Shown here: positions 1 through 9,453 of the stretch, in pieces
How positions within the stretch are numbered: the stretch's first letter is position 1
How the letters are laid out: every line of letters begins with the position of its first letter
Source: Candidatus Microgenomatus sp.
GTDB taxonomy: Bacteria > Patescibacteriota > Microgenomatia > UBA8517
NCBI GenBank assembly: GCA_020724555.1
Contig: DYGT01000007.1
Span: 15,258-79,257 of the forward strand
DNA: 64,000 nucleotides
Direction: 5' to 3'
Notes under the pieces: model-generated
Database searches by the model: none
What the model saw: the letters and a program-made list of their open reading frames with translations, nothing else
What the model was told of the DNA's origin: nothing
Made by a program: the position numbers and the translations under genes

Positions 1-434
1 CGGCAGTGAATAATCCATCAGTTCAGGATTTTGCTTTAAAAATGTCCACAGCTTTTAATCCCCAGTCAGCCATTTACAATATTTTGTATTTTGCTTTGGT
101 AGTTGGTTTTACTTATTTTTATACTTCTGTGGTTTTTAATCCGGAAAAAATTACAGAAAATTTACAAAAAAGTGGTGCTTTTATTCCGGGAATTCGGCCG
201 GGAAAACAAACCACAGATTATTTAAAACATGTGCTTAACCGCATAACACTGGTGGGAGCGGTTTTTTTGGGATTTATTGCAATACTCCCTTCGCTCCTAC
301 AGAGTTTTTTGGGGGTGGCCAATCTGGTGATTGGCGGCACGGGAATCCTGATTGTGGTTTCTGTAGTTTTGGAAGTAACGCGCGAAATTGAAGCCCAGCT
401 GGTAATGAAACGTTATGAAAGGTTTATATCTTAA
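1..434 (+). CDS. secY: Preprotein translocase SecY, C-terminal part (gene starts upstream of window)
   Basis: C-terminal SecY membrane segments; ORF open to window start; followed by adk as in the spc operon. Confidence 0.8.
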   Translation, partial: AVNNPSVQDFALKMSTAFNPQSAIYNILYFALVVGFTYFYTSVVFNPEKITENLQKSGAFIPGIRPGKQTTDYLKHVLNRITLVGAVFLGFIAILPSLLQSFLGVANLVIGGTGILIVVSVVLEVTREIEAQLVMKRYERFIS

Positions 435-1073
435 ATGAATATTTTAATTTTGGGACCTCAAGGATCAGGTAAAGGTACACAAGCAAAACTTATTGCGGAC
501 AGATTGGGTTTTATACATTTAAGCACAGGACAAATGCTTCGCGATATTGCCAAAAATGACGTTAATTTAGCAAATACACTGGATCAGGGTTTATTACTTC
601 CCGACAAAAAACTTTTGGAATATTTATTTTCTTATTTAGAAAAAAATAATTTATACGACAAATTAATAATCGACGGCTCTCCCAGAACACTTTATCAATA
701 TCAGGAAATTATTAAGTGGTTTAAAAGTAAGGGAAAGCCCATTTCTTTGGCAATTTATTTGGATATCAGTGACGCCGAGGCCACGAGGAGATTATCAGCA
801 AGAAGGCAGCATAAAATAACAGGAGAAATATATAATTTGGTAACTAACCCTCCTAGCTCTGATATTAAAGAAACAGATTTAATTCAAAGAGAAGATGATA
901 TGCCGGAAGCTATCCAAAAACGCCTAAATGCCTTTCACACTCAAACAGAACCGATAGTAAAATTGATGCAGGCAGATGGAATTTTATTTAAAGTAGATGG
1001 AGAACGACCGATAGAAGAAATTTATCTGGATATAGAAAAGGAGGTAGAAAAGCGTGTACAAAATGAATCTTAA
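435..1073 (+). CDS. adk: Adenylate kinase
   Basis: P-loop GPQGSGKGTQ, LSTGQMLRD motif, operon context. Confidence 0.9.
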   Translation: MNILILGPQGSGKGTQAKLIADRLGFIHLSTGQMLRDIAKNDVNLANTLDQGLLLPDKKLLEYLFSYLEKNNLYDKLIIDGSPRTLYQYQEIIKWFKSKGKPISLAIYLDISDAEATRRLSARRQHKITGEIYNLVTNPPSSDIKETDLIQREDDMPEAIQKRLNAFHTQTEPIVKLMQADGILFKVDGERPIEEIYLDIEKEVEKRVQNES

Positions 1074-1806
1074 ATCCCCTGAGGAAATTGAAATTATGCA
1101 TCAGGGCGGACAAAAACTCTCTGAAGTTAAGAAAAAGGTGCTTGGGGCAATAGCTCCTAATGTAAGTGCCTGGGATATTGAAGAATTGGTAACGCGGGAA
1201 ATTGAAGCGTGTGGCGGCAAATCATCTTTTAAAATGGTTCCGGGATATAAATGGAGTACGTGCATAAACGTAAACGACGGCGTAGTTCACGGTATTCCCA
1301 AAAAAGAATTAGTTTTTAAAAAAGGAGATTTGGTGAGTGTGGATATGGGTATATTCTACCGCGGATTTCACACAGACACCTCGGTAAGCGTATATCTGGG
1401 TGATGATCCCAAGGTGCAAAGATTTATGGAAGTAGGTAAAAAAGCGCTAAAACAAGGAATTAAATCTTTTAAAAAAGGAAACACTGTCGCGGATATCACG
1501 CGGGCAATACAATCTGAGCTGGTGAATGCAAACTACAGCCCTGTTTACAATTTGACAGGGCACGGTGTGGGTAGGGAGCTCCATGAAGACCCCAGAGTAC
1601 CTCTGGTGATTAGCGGCTCAAGAGATGAAAAAGTGAAACTTGAACCTGGAATAGTTTTGGCTATCGAAGTGATGTATGCCATGGGCAAGGGAGATATCGT
1701 CCTGGAAGACGATGGTTGGACTTTGAGTATGAAAGATGGTACAATATCAGCGCTTTTTGAGGAGACCGTCGCCCTAACCAGCCACGGTCGTATTATTTTG
1801 ACTTAA
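1054..1806 (+). CDS. map: Methionine aminopeptidase type I
   Basis: MetAP pita-bread motifs (GHGVGRELHE, metal-binding D/H/E residues). Confidence 0.9.
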   Translation: MYKMNLKSPEEIEIMHQGGQKLSEVKKKVLGAIAPNVSAWDIEELVTREIEACGGKSSFKMVPGYKWSTCINVNDGVVHGIPKKELVFKKGDLVSVDMGIFYRGFHTDTSVSVYLGDDPKVQRFMEVGKKALKQGIKSFKKGNTVADITRAIQSELVNANYSPVYNLTGHGVGRELHEDPRVPLVISGSRDEKVKLEPGIVLAIEVMYAMGKGDIVLEDDGWTLSMKDGTISALFEETVALTSHGRIILT

Positions 1807-1841
1807 AATCGCTTTAAACTAGGCTAAAAATTAAGTATAAT

Positions 1842-2069
1842 ATGCAAAAGAGAAATATAATTATTGAGGGAGAAATTTTGGAGCTTCTGCCCAATACCAT
1901 GTTTAAGGTTAAGCTTATTGATGGGCGGGAAGTTTTGACTGTCCCTTCTGGCAAAATGCGCCGTGGTTTTATGCGTTTAATGCCTGGAAATACCGTGAAA
2001 GTAGAAATGACTCCCTACGATGAAAAAAGGGGTAGGATTGTTGGAAAGGTTGGTAAAAAAACACAATGA
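1842..2069 (+). CDS. infA: Translation initiation factor IF-1
   Basis: S1-like IF-1 sequence [24 protein letters not shown]. Confidence 0.9.
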   Translation: MQKRNIIIEGEILELLPNTMFKVKLIDGREVLTVPSGKMRRGFMRLMPGNTVKVEMTPYDEKRGRIVGKVGKKTQ

Positions 2070-2179
2070 AAGTAAGATCATCTGTTAAACGAATTTGTAA
2101 AGATTGTAAAATTGTTAAGCGCAAAGGGGTTTTGTATGTTATTTGCAAAAACCCAAAACACAAACAGCGTCAAGGATAA
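2066..2179 (+). CDS. rpmJ: 50S ribosomal protein L36 (37 aa, not in ORF track)
   Basis: ATG at 2066 overlaps the infA TGA (ATGA); translation [37 protein letters not shown] matches the L36 zinc ribbon. Confidence 0.8.
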   Translation: MKVRSSVKRICKDCKIVKRKGVLYVICKNPKHKQRQG

Positions 2180-2187
2180 ATATAAAA

Positions 2188-2580
2188 ATGGCAAGAATAG
2201 CTGGAATAGATTTAAATGACAACTGGAGAATAGATTATGCCTTAACTCACATTAAAGGCATAGGCTGGTCGCGTTCAGAAAAAATTTTAAATGAGATTAA
2301 AATAAAACCAGAAACTCGGGTATCGAATTTGTCAGCTGAAGATTTATCGCTTATCAACAGCCAATTGGAGGGAATTTTGGTTGAGGGAGATTTAATCCGG
2401 AAAGTACGCGAAAATATCCAAAGGTTAAAAGCTATTCATGCCTACCGAGGCATAAGGCACAATCGTGGTTTACCGGTACGAGGCCAGAGAACTAAATCTA
2501 ATGCAAGGACTAAAAGAGGCAAACGCCGGACAGTGGGTGCATTCAGAAAAGAAGAGTTAGCAAAACAAACAACAAGTTGA
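2188..2580 (+). CDS. rpsM: 30S ribosomal protein S13 (start at MARIAGI)
   Basis: Conserved S13 N-terminus MARIAGIDL; track ORF extends 15 codons upstream. Confidence 0.9.
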   Translation: MARIAGIDLNDNWRIDYALTHIKGIGWSRSEKILNEIKIKPETRVSNLSAEDLSLINSQLEGILVEGDLIRKVRENIQRLKAIHAYRGIRHNRGLPVRGQRTKSNARTKRGKRRTVGAFRKEELAKQTTS

Positions 2581-2581
2581 T

Positions 2582-2956
2582 ATGGCAGCAAAAAAAACAA
2601 AAAAAGAAATACCATCGGTTAAGATTTATATCTCAGCAAGTTTTAATAATACATTGGTTACCGTTTCCGACAATGATGGTAATACTTTATCTTGGGGCTC
2701 ATCCGGGTTATCCGGTTTTAAAGGCACCAGAAAGGCAACGCCGTATGCGGCCACGGTTGCCGTGGATGCCGTGGTCCAAAAGGCTGTTAAAGAATACGGA
2801 GTGCATGAAGCAGACGTTTATATTAAAGGGCCGGGTCCCGGCCGTGAAGCAGCCTTAAGAGCTATCAAAGCCGCTGGAGTAAACATTAATATGATTGCGG
2901 ATGTCACGCCAATGCCCCATGACGGGCCAAGGCCAAAAAAGAAAAGAAGAGTATAA
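2582..2956 (+). CDS. rpsK: 30S ribosomal protein S11
   Basis: S11 sequence signature. Confidence 0.9.
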   Translation: MAAKKTKKEIPSVKIYISASFNNTLVTVSDNDGNTLSWGSSGLSGFKGTRKATPYAATVAVDAVVQKAVKEYGVHEADVYIKGPGPGREAALRAIKAAGVNINMIADVTPMPHDGPRPKKKRRV

Positions 2957-2958
2957 AG

Positions 2959-3561
2959 ATGGCAAGATACATAGGACCAAAAGACAGATTATCACGCCGG
3001 GAAAATTTTGACCTTTTTGGTAAAGGGGGGAAATTGACGAGACTTAATGTAACTCCCGGTGTGCATGGGCCAAAAGGTAGCCGACGCAAGCCTTCACAGT
3101 ATGGCAAACAATTAAGAGAAAAACAAAAGGTAAAAAGATTTTACGGAATTTTAGAACGTCAATTTAAAAATTATATGGCTCAGGCTTTAAGTGAAAAGGG
3201 TAATACATCAGACGCCCTGTTTTCTTTGCTAGAATCCAGGCTTGATAATACGGTTTATCGTTTGGGATTTGCGGCTACAAGGCCACAAGCTAGACAGTTA
3301 GTAAGCCATAGGCACGTTTTTGTTGATGGGAAAAGGGTTAATATCCCTTCTTTCCAGGTTAGACCGGGACAGACCATTACCCTTTCTGCCAAGGCCATGG
3401 AAATACCTTCGGTTGCTCTGTTATTGAAAGCAAAAGACGTAACAATTCCAGAGTGGTTGAGCCGCAAAGCAGCAGCAGGCAAAATTAAAAGAAAGCCTGG
3501 GCGCGATGATGTTCCTGAACCATTTGAGGAGGCAGATATTGTGGAGTTTTACTCCCGATAA
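2959..3561 (+). CDS. rpsD: 30S ribosomal protein S4
   Basis: S4 N-terminus MARYIGPK and S4 RNA-binding domain. Confidence 0.9.
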   Translation: MARYIGPKDRLSRRENFDLFGKGGKLTRLNVTPGVHGPKGSRRKPSQYGKQLREKQKVKRFYGILERQFKNYMAQALSEKGNTSDALFSLLESRLDNTVYRLGFAATRPQARQLVSHRHVFVDGKRVNIPSFQVRPGQTITLSAKAMEIPSVALLLKAKDVTIPEWLSRKAAAGKIKRKPGRDDVPEPFEEADIVEFYSR

Positions 3562-3565
3562 TTAT

Positions 3566-3606
3566 TTGCCACTTGTAATTTGAGAGAGTATAATAAACGC
3601 TCTCTC
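3566..3606 (+). promoter_or_regulatory. Putative sigma70-type promoter (TTGCCA-17-TATAAT), with the -10 inside the loop of a GAGAGAG/CTCTCTC hairpin, upstream of rpoA
   Basis: TTGCCA 3566-3571, TATAAT 3589-3594; 7-bp perfect stem 3582-3588/3600-3606. Confidence 0.4.
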
Positions 3607-3637
3607 ATCGTTATTGTATGGGAGAGGAGGTGACAGT

Positions 3638-4552
3638 ATGGAACCATTATTTGAAATAAATATTGAAAATAAAGACGAAAAATATGGGAAATTTGTCATA
3701 AGCCCGCTTGTTGCTGGGTATGGTAATACTTTGGGCATATCTCTAAGACGCGTGCTTTTATCAAGCCTTCCCGGAGCAGCAATTACCAAAGTGCAAATTT
3801 CCGGTGTTAGACATCAATTTTCAACCCTAAAAGGAATGAAAGAAGATGTTTTGGATTTTCTTTTAAATTTGAAAAAAGTTAATTTTTCTTATGAAGGCAA
3901 TGGCCTGGTTAAAGCAAACCTTAGAGTTAAGACTCCCGGTGAAGTTAAGGCAGGGGATATTAAGGTTCCCGCCGGAGTTGTGATCGGAAATCCGGATTTA
4001 GTTTTAGCCAACTTATCTAAAGGAGCAAAACTGGAAGCAGACATGGTTATAGAATCCGGTGTGGGTTATTTACCCGCAGAAGGACGAGAAGCTGATAAGC
4101 TGGGAGAGATTTTGTTGGATGCTACTTTTTCTCCGGTTGAACGCGTAAATTATAAAGTTGAAGAAACTCGCGTAGGACGTGTTACTAATTATGACAAACT
4201 TACTTTAGAAATTTGGACAGATGGTACCATCGATCCCGAAGATGCTCTTAAGAGAGCTGCAAAAAACCTTATATCTTACTTTAGTCAAATCGTTGATCCT
4301 AAAAAGATAGAGAAGGAAAGCCCTCAAAAAGAAACAGATCTACTGGGACCGGTTGGAAAGCTTTCTGTAGAAGAAATAGGATTACCGACTCGTGTAGCCA
4401 ATGCTTTAAGTAAATCCGGTTATGAAACTGTTGAAAAATTGGCAAAAGCCAAAGCTGAAGATTTGGTGAAGGTCCGAAACTTGGGAGAAAAGTCTTTGGA
4501 AATTATTGATGCAGCATTAGCCGAAAAAGGAGTGAAAAGGGAAAATGCGTAA
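3638..4552 (+). CDS. rpoA: DNA-directed RNA polymerase alpha subunit (start at MEPLFE after GGAGG RBS)
   Basis: RpoA N-terminal and C-terminal domain motifs; RBS gggagaggagg precedes ATG 3638. Confidence 0.9.
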   Translation: MEPLFEINIENKDEKYGKFVISPLVAGYGNTLGISLRRVLLSSLPGAAITKVQISGVRHQFSTLKGMKEDVLDFLLNLKKVNFSYEGNGLVKANLRVKTPGEVKAGDIKVPAGVVIGNPDLVLANLSKGAKLEADMVIESGVGYLPAEGREADKLGEILLDATFSPVERVNYKVEETRVGRVTNYDKLTLEIWTDGTIDPEDALKRAAKNLISYFSQIVDPKKIEKESPQKETDLLGPVGKLSVEEIGLPTRVANALSKSGYETVEKLAKAKAEDLVKVRNLGEKSLEIIDAALAEKGVKRENA

Positions 4553-4976
4553 AAAGGTTTATGGCCGCAAATTAGGCAGAAATCGAGCCGCAAGAACCGC
4601 TCTCTTTCGTTCCTTGATCCGAGCTATGGTTTTGGAGGGATCCATTAATACTACGCTGGCAAAGGCGAAAGCCGTGTCGCCAGATTTGGATAAGCTTATG
4701 GTTATTGTCGGCCAAAATACGGTATCTGCCAGAAGGCGGATATCTCAGATTGTTGCCAATGATAGAATGGTTATGAAAAAGCTTTTTACTGATTATCTTC
4801 CTTTGGCGCAATCGAGACGTTCTGGATTTACAAGAATAGTTCTTATGCCAAAAAGAAAAGGAGATAATGCAACCATGGCAAGAATTGAATGGGTTACCGT
4901 CCCCAAAGCAGAGCCGCGAAAAACTAAAAAAGCTAAAGTAAATACTAAAAAAACGAAAAAAGAGGATAAAAAATGA
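4545..4976 (+). CDS. rplQ: 50S ribosomal protein L17
   Basis: L17 signature; overlaps rpoA stop. Confidence 0.9.
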   Translation: MRKKVYGRKLGRNRAARTALFRSLIRAMVLEGSINTTLAKAKAVSPDLDKLMVIVGQNTVSARRRISQIVANDRMVMKKLFTDYLPLAQSRRSGFTRIVLMPKRKGDNATMARIEWVTVPKAEPRKTKKAKVNTKKTKKEDKK

Positions 4977-5401
4977 AACAAACCAGTCAGCCTAAAGGAA
5001 AAGACATAAACCATGCTTGGCACGAAGTTGATGCAAATGGCCAGGCTTTAGGGAGATTATCCAGCCATATAGCAGGACTTCTGATGGGTAAAAATAAAAC
5101 CAATTACGCACCCCACCTTGATATGGGAGATTGGGTGGTGGTTAAAAACGCCAAAGCGGTAAAATTAACCGGCCGGAAAGATAAACAAAAAGTATATTAC
5201 AGACACTCGGGTTACCCTAAAGGGTTTAAGGAAATAAAAGTCGAAAAATTGCGCGTCGAGCAGCCGGAAAAAATAATAATACACGCAGTAAAAGGCATGC
5301 TTCCGGTTAATCGTTTAAGAGACAAAAGGATGGCCAGATTAAAAGTATTTGCAGGTGACAAACACCCGTTTCAAAATAAATTAGAAAATAAACAAGTCTA
5401 A
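4973..5401 (+). CDS. rplM: 50S ribosomal protein L13
   Basis: L13 signature. Confidence 0.9.
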   Translation: MKQTSQPKGKDINHAWHEVDANGQALGRLSSHIAGLLMGKNKTNYAPHLDMGDWVVVKNAKAVKLTGRKDKQKVYYRHSGYPKGFKEIKVEKLRVEQPEKIIIHAVKGMLPVNRLRDKRMARLKVFAGDKHPFQNKLENKQV

Positions 5402-5814
5402 TGGCAAAAACAAAAAAAGAATTAAAAAATTATACATATGCAGTAGGCAGGCGAAAAGAAGCTTCGGCCAGGGTCAGGCTATACAAAGGTAATAAAGAGA
5501 GTCTAGTAAACGGAGAAGTGATAGGTAAATACTTTCCGGGAGATGCAATGCGTAGCAAATGGCAGCTGCCTTTTTCTTTAACACAAACAGAAGGCAAGTA
5601 CTATGTTACGGTTCGTGTTTTGGGTGGCGGTAAAAACGGTCAATTAGAAGCAACAGTGCACGGGATTGCCAGAGCATTTGCCAAGTTAAATGAAAAATTT
5701 AAATCTTCTTTAAAACCAGCAGGGCTTTTAACCCGCGATGCACGCAAAAAAGAGCGCAGAATGGTGGGAACGGGTGGTAAAGCAAGGCGTAAAAAACAAT
5801 CTCCAAAACGTTAA
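5401..5814 (+). CDS. rpsI: 30S ribosomal protein S9
   Basis: S9 signature, C-terminal basic tail. Confidence 0.9.
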   Translation: MAKTKKELKNYTYAVGRRKEASARVRLYKGNKESLVNGEVIGKYFPGDAMRSKWQLPFSLTQTEGKYYVTVRVLGGGKNGQLEATVHGIARAFAKLNEKFKSSLKPAGLLTRDARKKERRMVGTGGKARRKKQSPKR

Positions 5815-5868
5815 TAGTCCCCGGTTCGTTTAATTAAACTGACCTTCATCTTGAGAGTTAATTTTACT

Positions 5869-6369
5869 TTAATTAAATAAATTACCTACTATTGTACCTA
5901 TTAGAATTGCCGCTCCACCGATAAACATCATTTTTAGTCCATGTTTAAGGGGTTTTACTTCAAATTTTTTTCCACCGATAAAACCGAGAAAAAACAGAGA
6001 AATAATTGAAAAACTAATAGAAACATATATTGCTTGGCTAACCGGTAATAGTAAGTAAGGTGTAATCGGGATTAAACCGGCTACAAAATATGACATGACC
6101 ATTATCAAAGACGCAAAAAAAGTTGAGTTGCTTTTGTATTTATGGCTTTCCATATCTTCGGTAAATCCCTCTGATAGGTAGCTGCCCACTCCCATGGAAA
6201 AAGCTTCGACAAATACTAACACAACACCAGTAATAAAAATTTCTTTTTTGGGCAGCCCCGCTGCTGCAACCCCGCTTAAAAGACCAACAGTTGAAACCAG
6301 ACTGTCCTCAACACCAAATATAAAATTTTTTATATATAATCTGTAAACCGATATGGTTTGATTATGCAT
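5869..6369 (-). CDS. VIT1/CCC1-family membrane protein (putative Fe/Mn transporter)
   Basis: Polytopic membrane protein whose FGVEDSLVSTVGLLSGV motif resembles the VIT family. Confidence 0.5.
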   Translation of the reverse strand: MHNQTISVYRLYIKNFIFGVEDSLVSTVGLLSGVAAAGLPKKEIFITGVVLVFVEAFSMGVGSYLSEGFTEDMESHKYKSNSTFFASLIMVMSYFVAGLIPITPYLLLPVSQAIYVSISFSIISLFFLGFIGGKKFEVKPLKHGLKMMFIGGAAILIGTIVGNLFN

Positions 6370-6525
6370 TACTCTATTAATGTTAAGGGATAAATTTTTT
6401 TTAGTAAAGCGAGATCGGCTTATTTCGGTTTGTGCTTGACAAAAAGCCCAAGCTTGAATTATTTTTAGCTTAGCAGCCAGCTAGGCTAAAAATAAGCCCG
6501 GCTGGAAAAGGGGGTGATTTAATAA

Positions 6526-6738
6526 ATGGATCAAATAGAATTTTACGATGTGAAAAAAAGAGACCGTGTACAAGTACCGGTTTCACAATGTTGGAAAGTA
6601 AAGTATGAGCGTCCCACAAAAGATGGCGGAGTACAAGTTCGTTATGCTGTAAAAGCAGAAGTAGACGGCTCTAAGCTAACCAAGTTTGTAAGCCAGGATG
6701 TTTGGCAAGGTTTAAGTTGTGAGGAGCGAGACAAGTAA
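6526..6738 (+). CDS. Small hypothetical protein (70 aa), standalone transcription unit
   Basis: ORF flanked by a promoter-like region and a strong intrinsic terminator; no recognisable domain. Confidence 0.4.
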   Translation: MDQIEFYDVKKRDRVQVPVSQCWKVKYERPTKDGGVQVRYAVKAEVDGSKLTKFVSQDVWQGLSCEERDK

Positions 6739-6762
6739 GTTTGAAAATAATTTACTTAAAAC

Positions 6763-6788
6763 AAAAACCCCATGTAAATGGGGTTTTT
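6763..6788. terminator. Bidirectional rho-independent terminator
   Basis: aaaaCCCC-atgtaaat-GGGGttttt hairpin, A-run on one side and T-run on the other; sits between the small gene (+) and tRNA-Pro (-). Confidence 0.6.
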
Positions 6789-6802
6789 GATTGATTATTG
6801 TG

Positions 6803-6873
6803 TCGGGGTACCAGGAATCGAACCTGGACCGGACGCACCCCATGCGCCCATTCTACCTTTAAACTATACCCCG
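6803..6873 (-). tRNA. tRNA-Pro (anticodon GGG), CCA not encoded
   Basis: Reverse complement gives perfect 7-bp acceptor CGGGGTA/TACCCCG, T-arm CCAGG-TTCGATT-CCTGG and anticodon loop ATGGGGT; D-arm is weak (G·U pairs). Confidence 0.7.
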
Positions 6874-6908
6874 TCGTTTCATTCCTGTGTATAGTTTGCG
6901 AGCTTACA

Positions 6909-6928
6909 CTTTAAAACTATACCCCGTC
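6909..6928 (-). repeat. Partial duplicate of the 5' ~19 nt of tRNA-Pro
   Basis: ctttaaaactataccccgtc here versus ctttaaactataccccgtc at 6857-6875. Confidence 0.5.
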
Positions 6929-6946
6929 CTTTGCTTATTATACCAG

Positions 6947-7573
6947 TTAGGCTATTTTCTTAAGTTTTACTGCGCCTTCGCGTATAATTTTTACCTTGCC
7001 CGTTTTAAGCTCTACCAAAGTAGAAGGTTCACTTGCGAGTTTTCCTGCATCCACATAAAAATCTACTTTATCCCCAAAGTAATTTTCTGCTTCTTCTATT
7101 GTTGTTGCAGGCTTTTTGCCTTGGGGATTAACACTTGTAGACACTAAAGGACCGGTTTCGGAAAGTAGCTCTCGAAGCTCTGGATAATCGGGCATGCGGA
7201 TGGCCAGGCTATTTTTGCCGCGGTGAAGATAGGAAAGCCAATCATTTTTTACCGGCAGAATTACACTTATTTTCCCGGGCCAGATTTTATTTAAGAAATT
7301 TCTAGTTTTACTGTCTAGTTTAATTTTTAGCAAATTTAGATCATTTAAAGATGAAATAAGAACCACAAGTGGTTTATCGTAGTCTCGTTTTCGGATTTTA
7401 TAGATTTTTTCAATAGCTTCAGGGTGGAAGACGCTTGCATGAATGCCGTATATCGTATCAGTCGGCAGAATACCAATTTTGCCTTCACGGATAAAATTTA
7501 CTAATTTTTTGTGTTTCAAACCAGTTATTTCCATAAATAAGTATTTTACTACATCTAAAGTGGCACTTGTCAT
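6947..7573 (-). CDS. tsaC: L-threonylcarbamoyladenylate synthase (YrdC/Sua5 family)
   Basis: YrdC-domain motifs (ILPTDTIYGI, KPLVVLI, GPLVSTSVN). Confidence 0.8.
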   Translation of the reverse strand: MTSATLDVVKYLFMEITGLKHKKLVNFIREGKIGILPTDTIYGIHASVFHPEAIEKIYKIRKRDYDKPLVVLISSLNDLNLLKIKLDSKTRNFLNKIWPGKISVILPVKNDWLSYLHRGKNSLAIRMPDYPELRELLSETGPLVSTSVNPQGKKPATTIEEAENYFGDKVDFYVDAGKLASEPSTLVELKTGKVKIIREGAVKLKKIA

Positions 7574-7606
7574 CTATGGGATATTTGTGTTAAAACAATG
7601 CCATAA

Positions 7607-8695
7607 ATGGCAAGAACAAAAAAAGACCCTCCAAAGGTAGATAAACCCGAAGGTTTATCTGAAAAACTTCAGGCAATAAAGTTGGCCATGGACCAGATCG
7701 AAAAGCAATATGGTAAAGGTGCCATCATGCGCCTTGGTGAGCGTGCCCGACAGCAGCGGAACATAGATTCAATTTCCACTGGGGCTATCGCTCTGGATGT
7801 TGCTTTGGGAATTGGTGGTCTTCCACGCGGGCGGATAGTGGAAATATATGGTCCTGAAGCTTCAGGTAAAACTACACTCGCCTTGCACGTAATTGCCGAA
7901 GCACAAAAACGAGGAGGCCAGTGTGCTTTTGTAGATGCTGAACACGCCCTCGATCCAACGCGTGCAGGAATTATTGGTGTTAATTTAGATGATCTTTTAT
8001 TAAGTCAGCCGGATTCCGGTGAGCAAGCTCTGGAGATCACTGAAACTTTAGTTCGTTCAGGGGGCTTGGATGTAATTGTGGTGGATTCGGTAGCCGCATT
8101 GGTTCCCAGAGCCGAGCTGGAGGGTGAAATGGGGGATGCAATAATTGGCGTCCAGGCAAGGCTAATGAGCCAAGCGCTTCGCAAGCTTACCGGGGCCATC
8201 AATAAAAGCAAAACTATTTTAATTTTTACTAATCAGATTCGCCAGAAAATAGGTGTGATGTTTGGCAACCCCGAAACAACTCCCGGTGGATTGGCGTTAA
8301 AATTTTATTCTTCGGTAAGGCTTGATATCCGCCGAATTGAAACTTTGAAAGAGGCAGATGAAGTTGTGGGATCGCGTCATCGCGTGCGGGTGGTTAAAAA
8401 TAAAGTTGCTCCGCCGTTGCGAGTTGCAGAATTTGATATCACGAACGACGAGGGCATTTCCAAAACCGGAGGGCTTTTGGATGTGGGAGTGGAAATGGAG
8501 ATAATCGGCAAAAGCGGGTCTTTCTTCAGCTATCAAGGCGAAACCATAGCTCAAGGTCGTGAAGCAGCAAAGAGTTACTTAAAAGAAAATCCTAAATTAG
8601 CAGAAAAGATTGAGAAAGAAATCCGCGATACATTAGCGTCGGGTAAAAAATTGCCTCATGAGGTAGGAGATAGTTCGGACTCAGACGAAGAATAA
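7607..8695 (+). CDS. recA: Recombinase RecA
   Basis: Walker [14 protein letters not shown]1/L2 loops, high conservation throughout. Confidence 0.95.
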   Translation: MARTKKDPPKVDKPEGLSEKLQAIKLAMDQIEKQYGKGAIMRLGERARQQRNIDSISTGAIALDVALGIGGLPRGRIVEIYGPEASGKTTLALHVIAEAQKRGGQCAFVDAEHALDPTRAGIIGVNLDDLLLSQPDSGEQALEITETLVRSGGLDVIVVDSVAALVPRAELEGEMGDAIIGVQARLMSQALRKLTGAINKSKTILIFTNQIRQKIGVMFGNPETTPGGLALKFYSSVRLDIRRIETLKEADEVVGSRHRVRVVKNKVAPPLRVAEFDITNDEGISKTGGLLDVGVEMEIIGKSGSFFSYQGETIAQGREAAKSYLKENPKLAEKIEKEIRDTLASGKKLPHEVGDSSDSDEE

Positions 8696-8701
8696 TTCTT
8701 C

Positions 8702-9322
8702 ATGCCCCGCATCACAAAAATTTCCCAGCAAAATAATAAGAATAGGGTTAATCTATTTTTAGATGGTAAATTTGCCTTTGCTTTGGATTTGGAAAATTTT
8801 GTTAAGCTTGGTTTAAAAGTCGGTTTGGAATTAAACGAGGTCGAGGTGCAAAAAATTACTTCTGAAGGCGAATTCAGCCAGGTTTTTCAAAAATTATTGA
8901 ACTTTGCCACGCTTCGCCCAAGAAGTTATAAAGAAGTTTCAGATTGGCTAAAGCGTAAAAAAGTGCGCGAGAGCTTTCAGAAAAAGCTCATAAATAAACT
9001 TAAAAAGCTCGATCTATTGGATGATGCGCGCTTTGCCAGGTGGTGGGTGGAAGAGCGGCGTGAATTTCGCCCCAGGTCTAAAAAAGCGCTTTATAGCGAA
9101 CTTTTTAAAAAAGGGATTGATAAAAATATAATTAAACAAACGCTTGAAGAAACGGGTATAGATGAGATTTCTTTGGCGAAAAGGGATTTAGAAAAAAGAA
9201 AGACAAAGTGGACAAAATATACGGACATTTATGAGCGCAAACAAAAGCAGATGGAATACTTGGCACGCAAAGGTTATGGCTGGGACGTGATAAAAAAAGT
9301 GGTAGAAAATAAAAAAAGCTAG
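8702..9322 (+). CDS. recX: RecX-like regulatory protein
   Basis: Immediately downstream of recA; helical-repeat protein of RecX size; uses a TAG stop. Confidence 0.55.
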   Translation: MPRITKISQQNNKNRVNLFLDGKFAFALDLENFVKLGLKVGLELNEVEVQKITSEGEFSQVFQKLLNFATLRPRSYKEVSDWLKRKKVRESFQKKLINKLKKLDLLDDARFARWWVEERREFRPRSKKALYSELFKKGIDKNIIKQTLEETGIDEISLAKRDLEKRKTKWTKYTDIYERKQKQMEYLARKGYGWDVIKKVVENKKS

Positions 9323-9453
9323 ATTGACTGATTTGGCGTTAGGCAGTAAAATAGACAACAAAGGAAATTATGAGAGAAGTAACAGGAAACAATATGCTTC
9401 TTTTGGCTTTATAAAATTTTAGCCGCTTCCTTTTATTTAATATTATTTTTATT

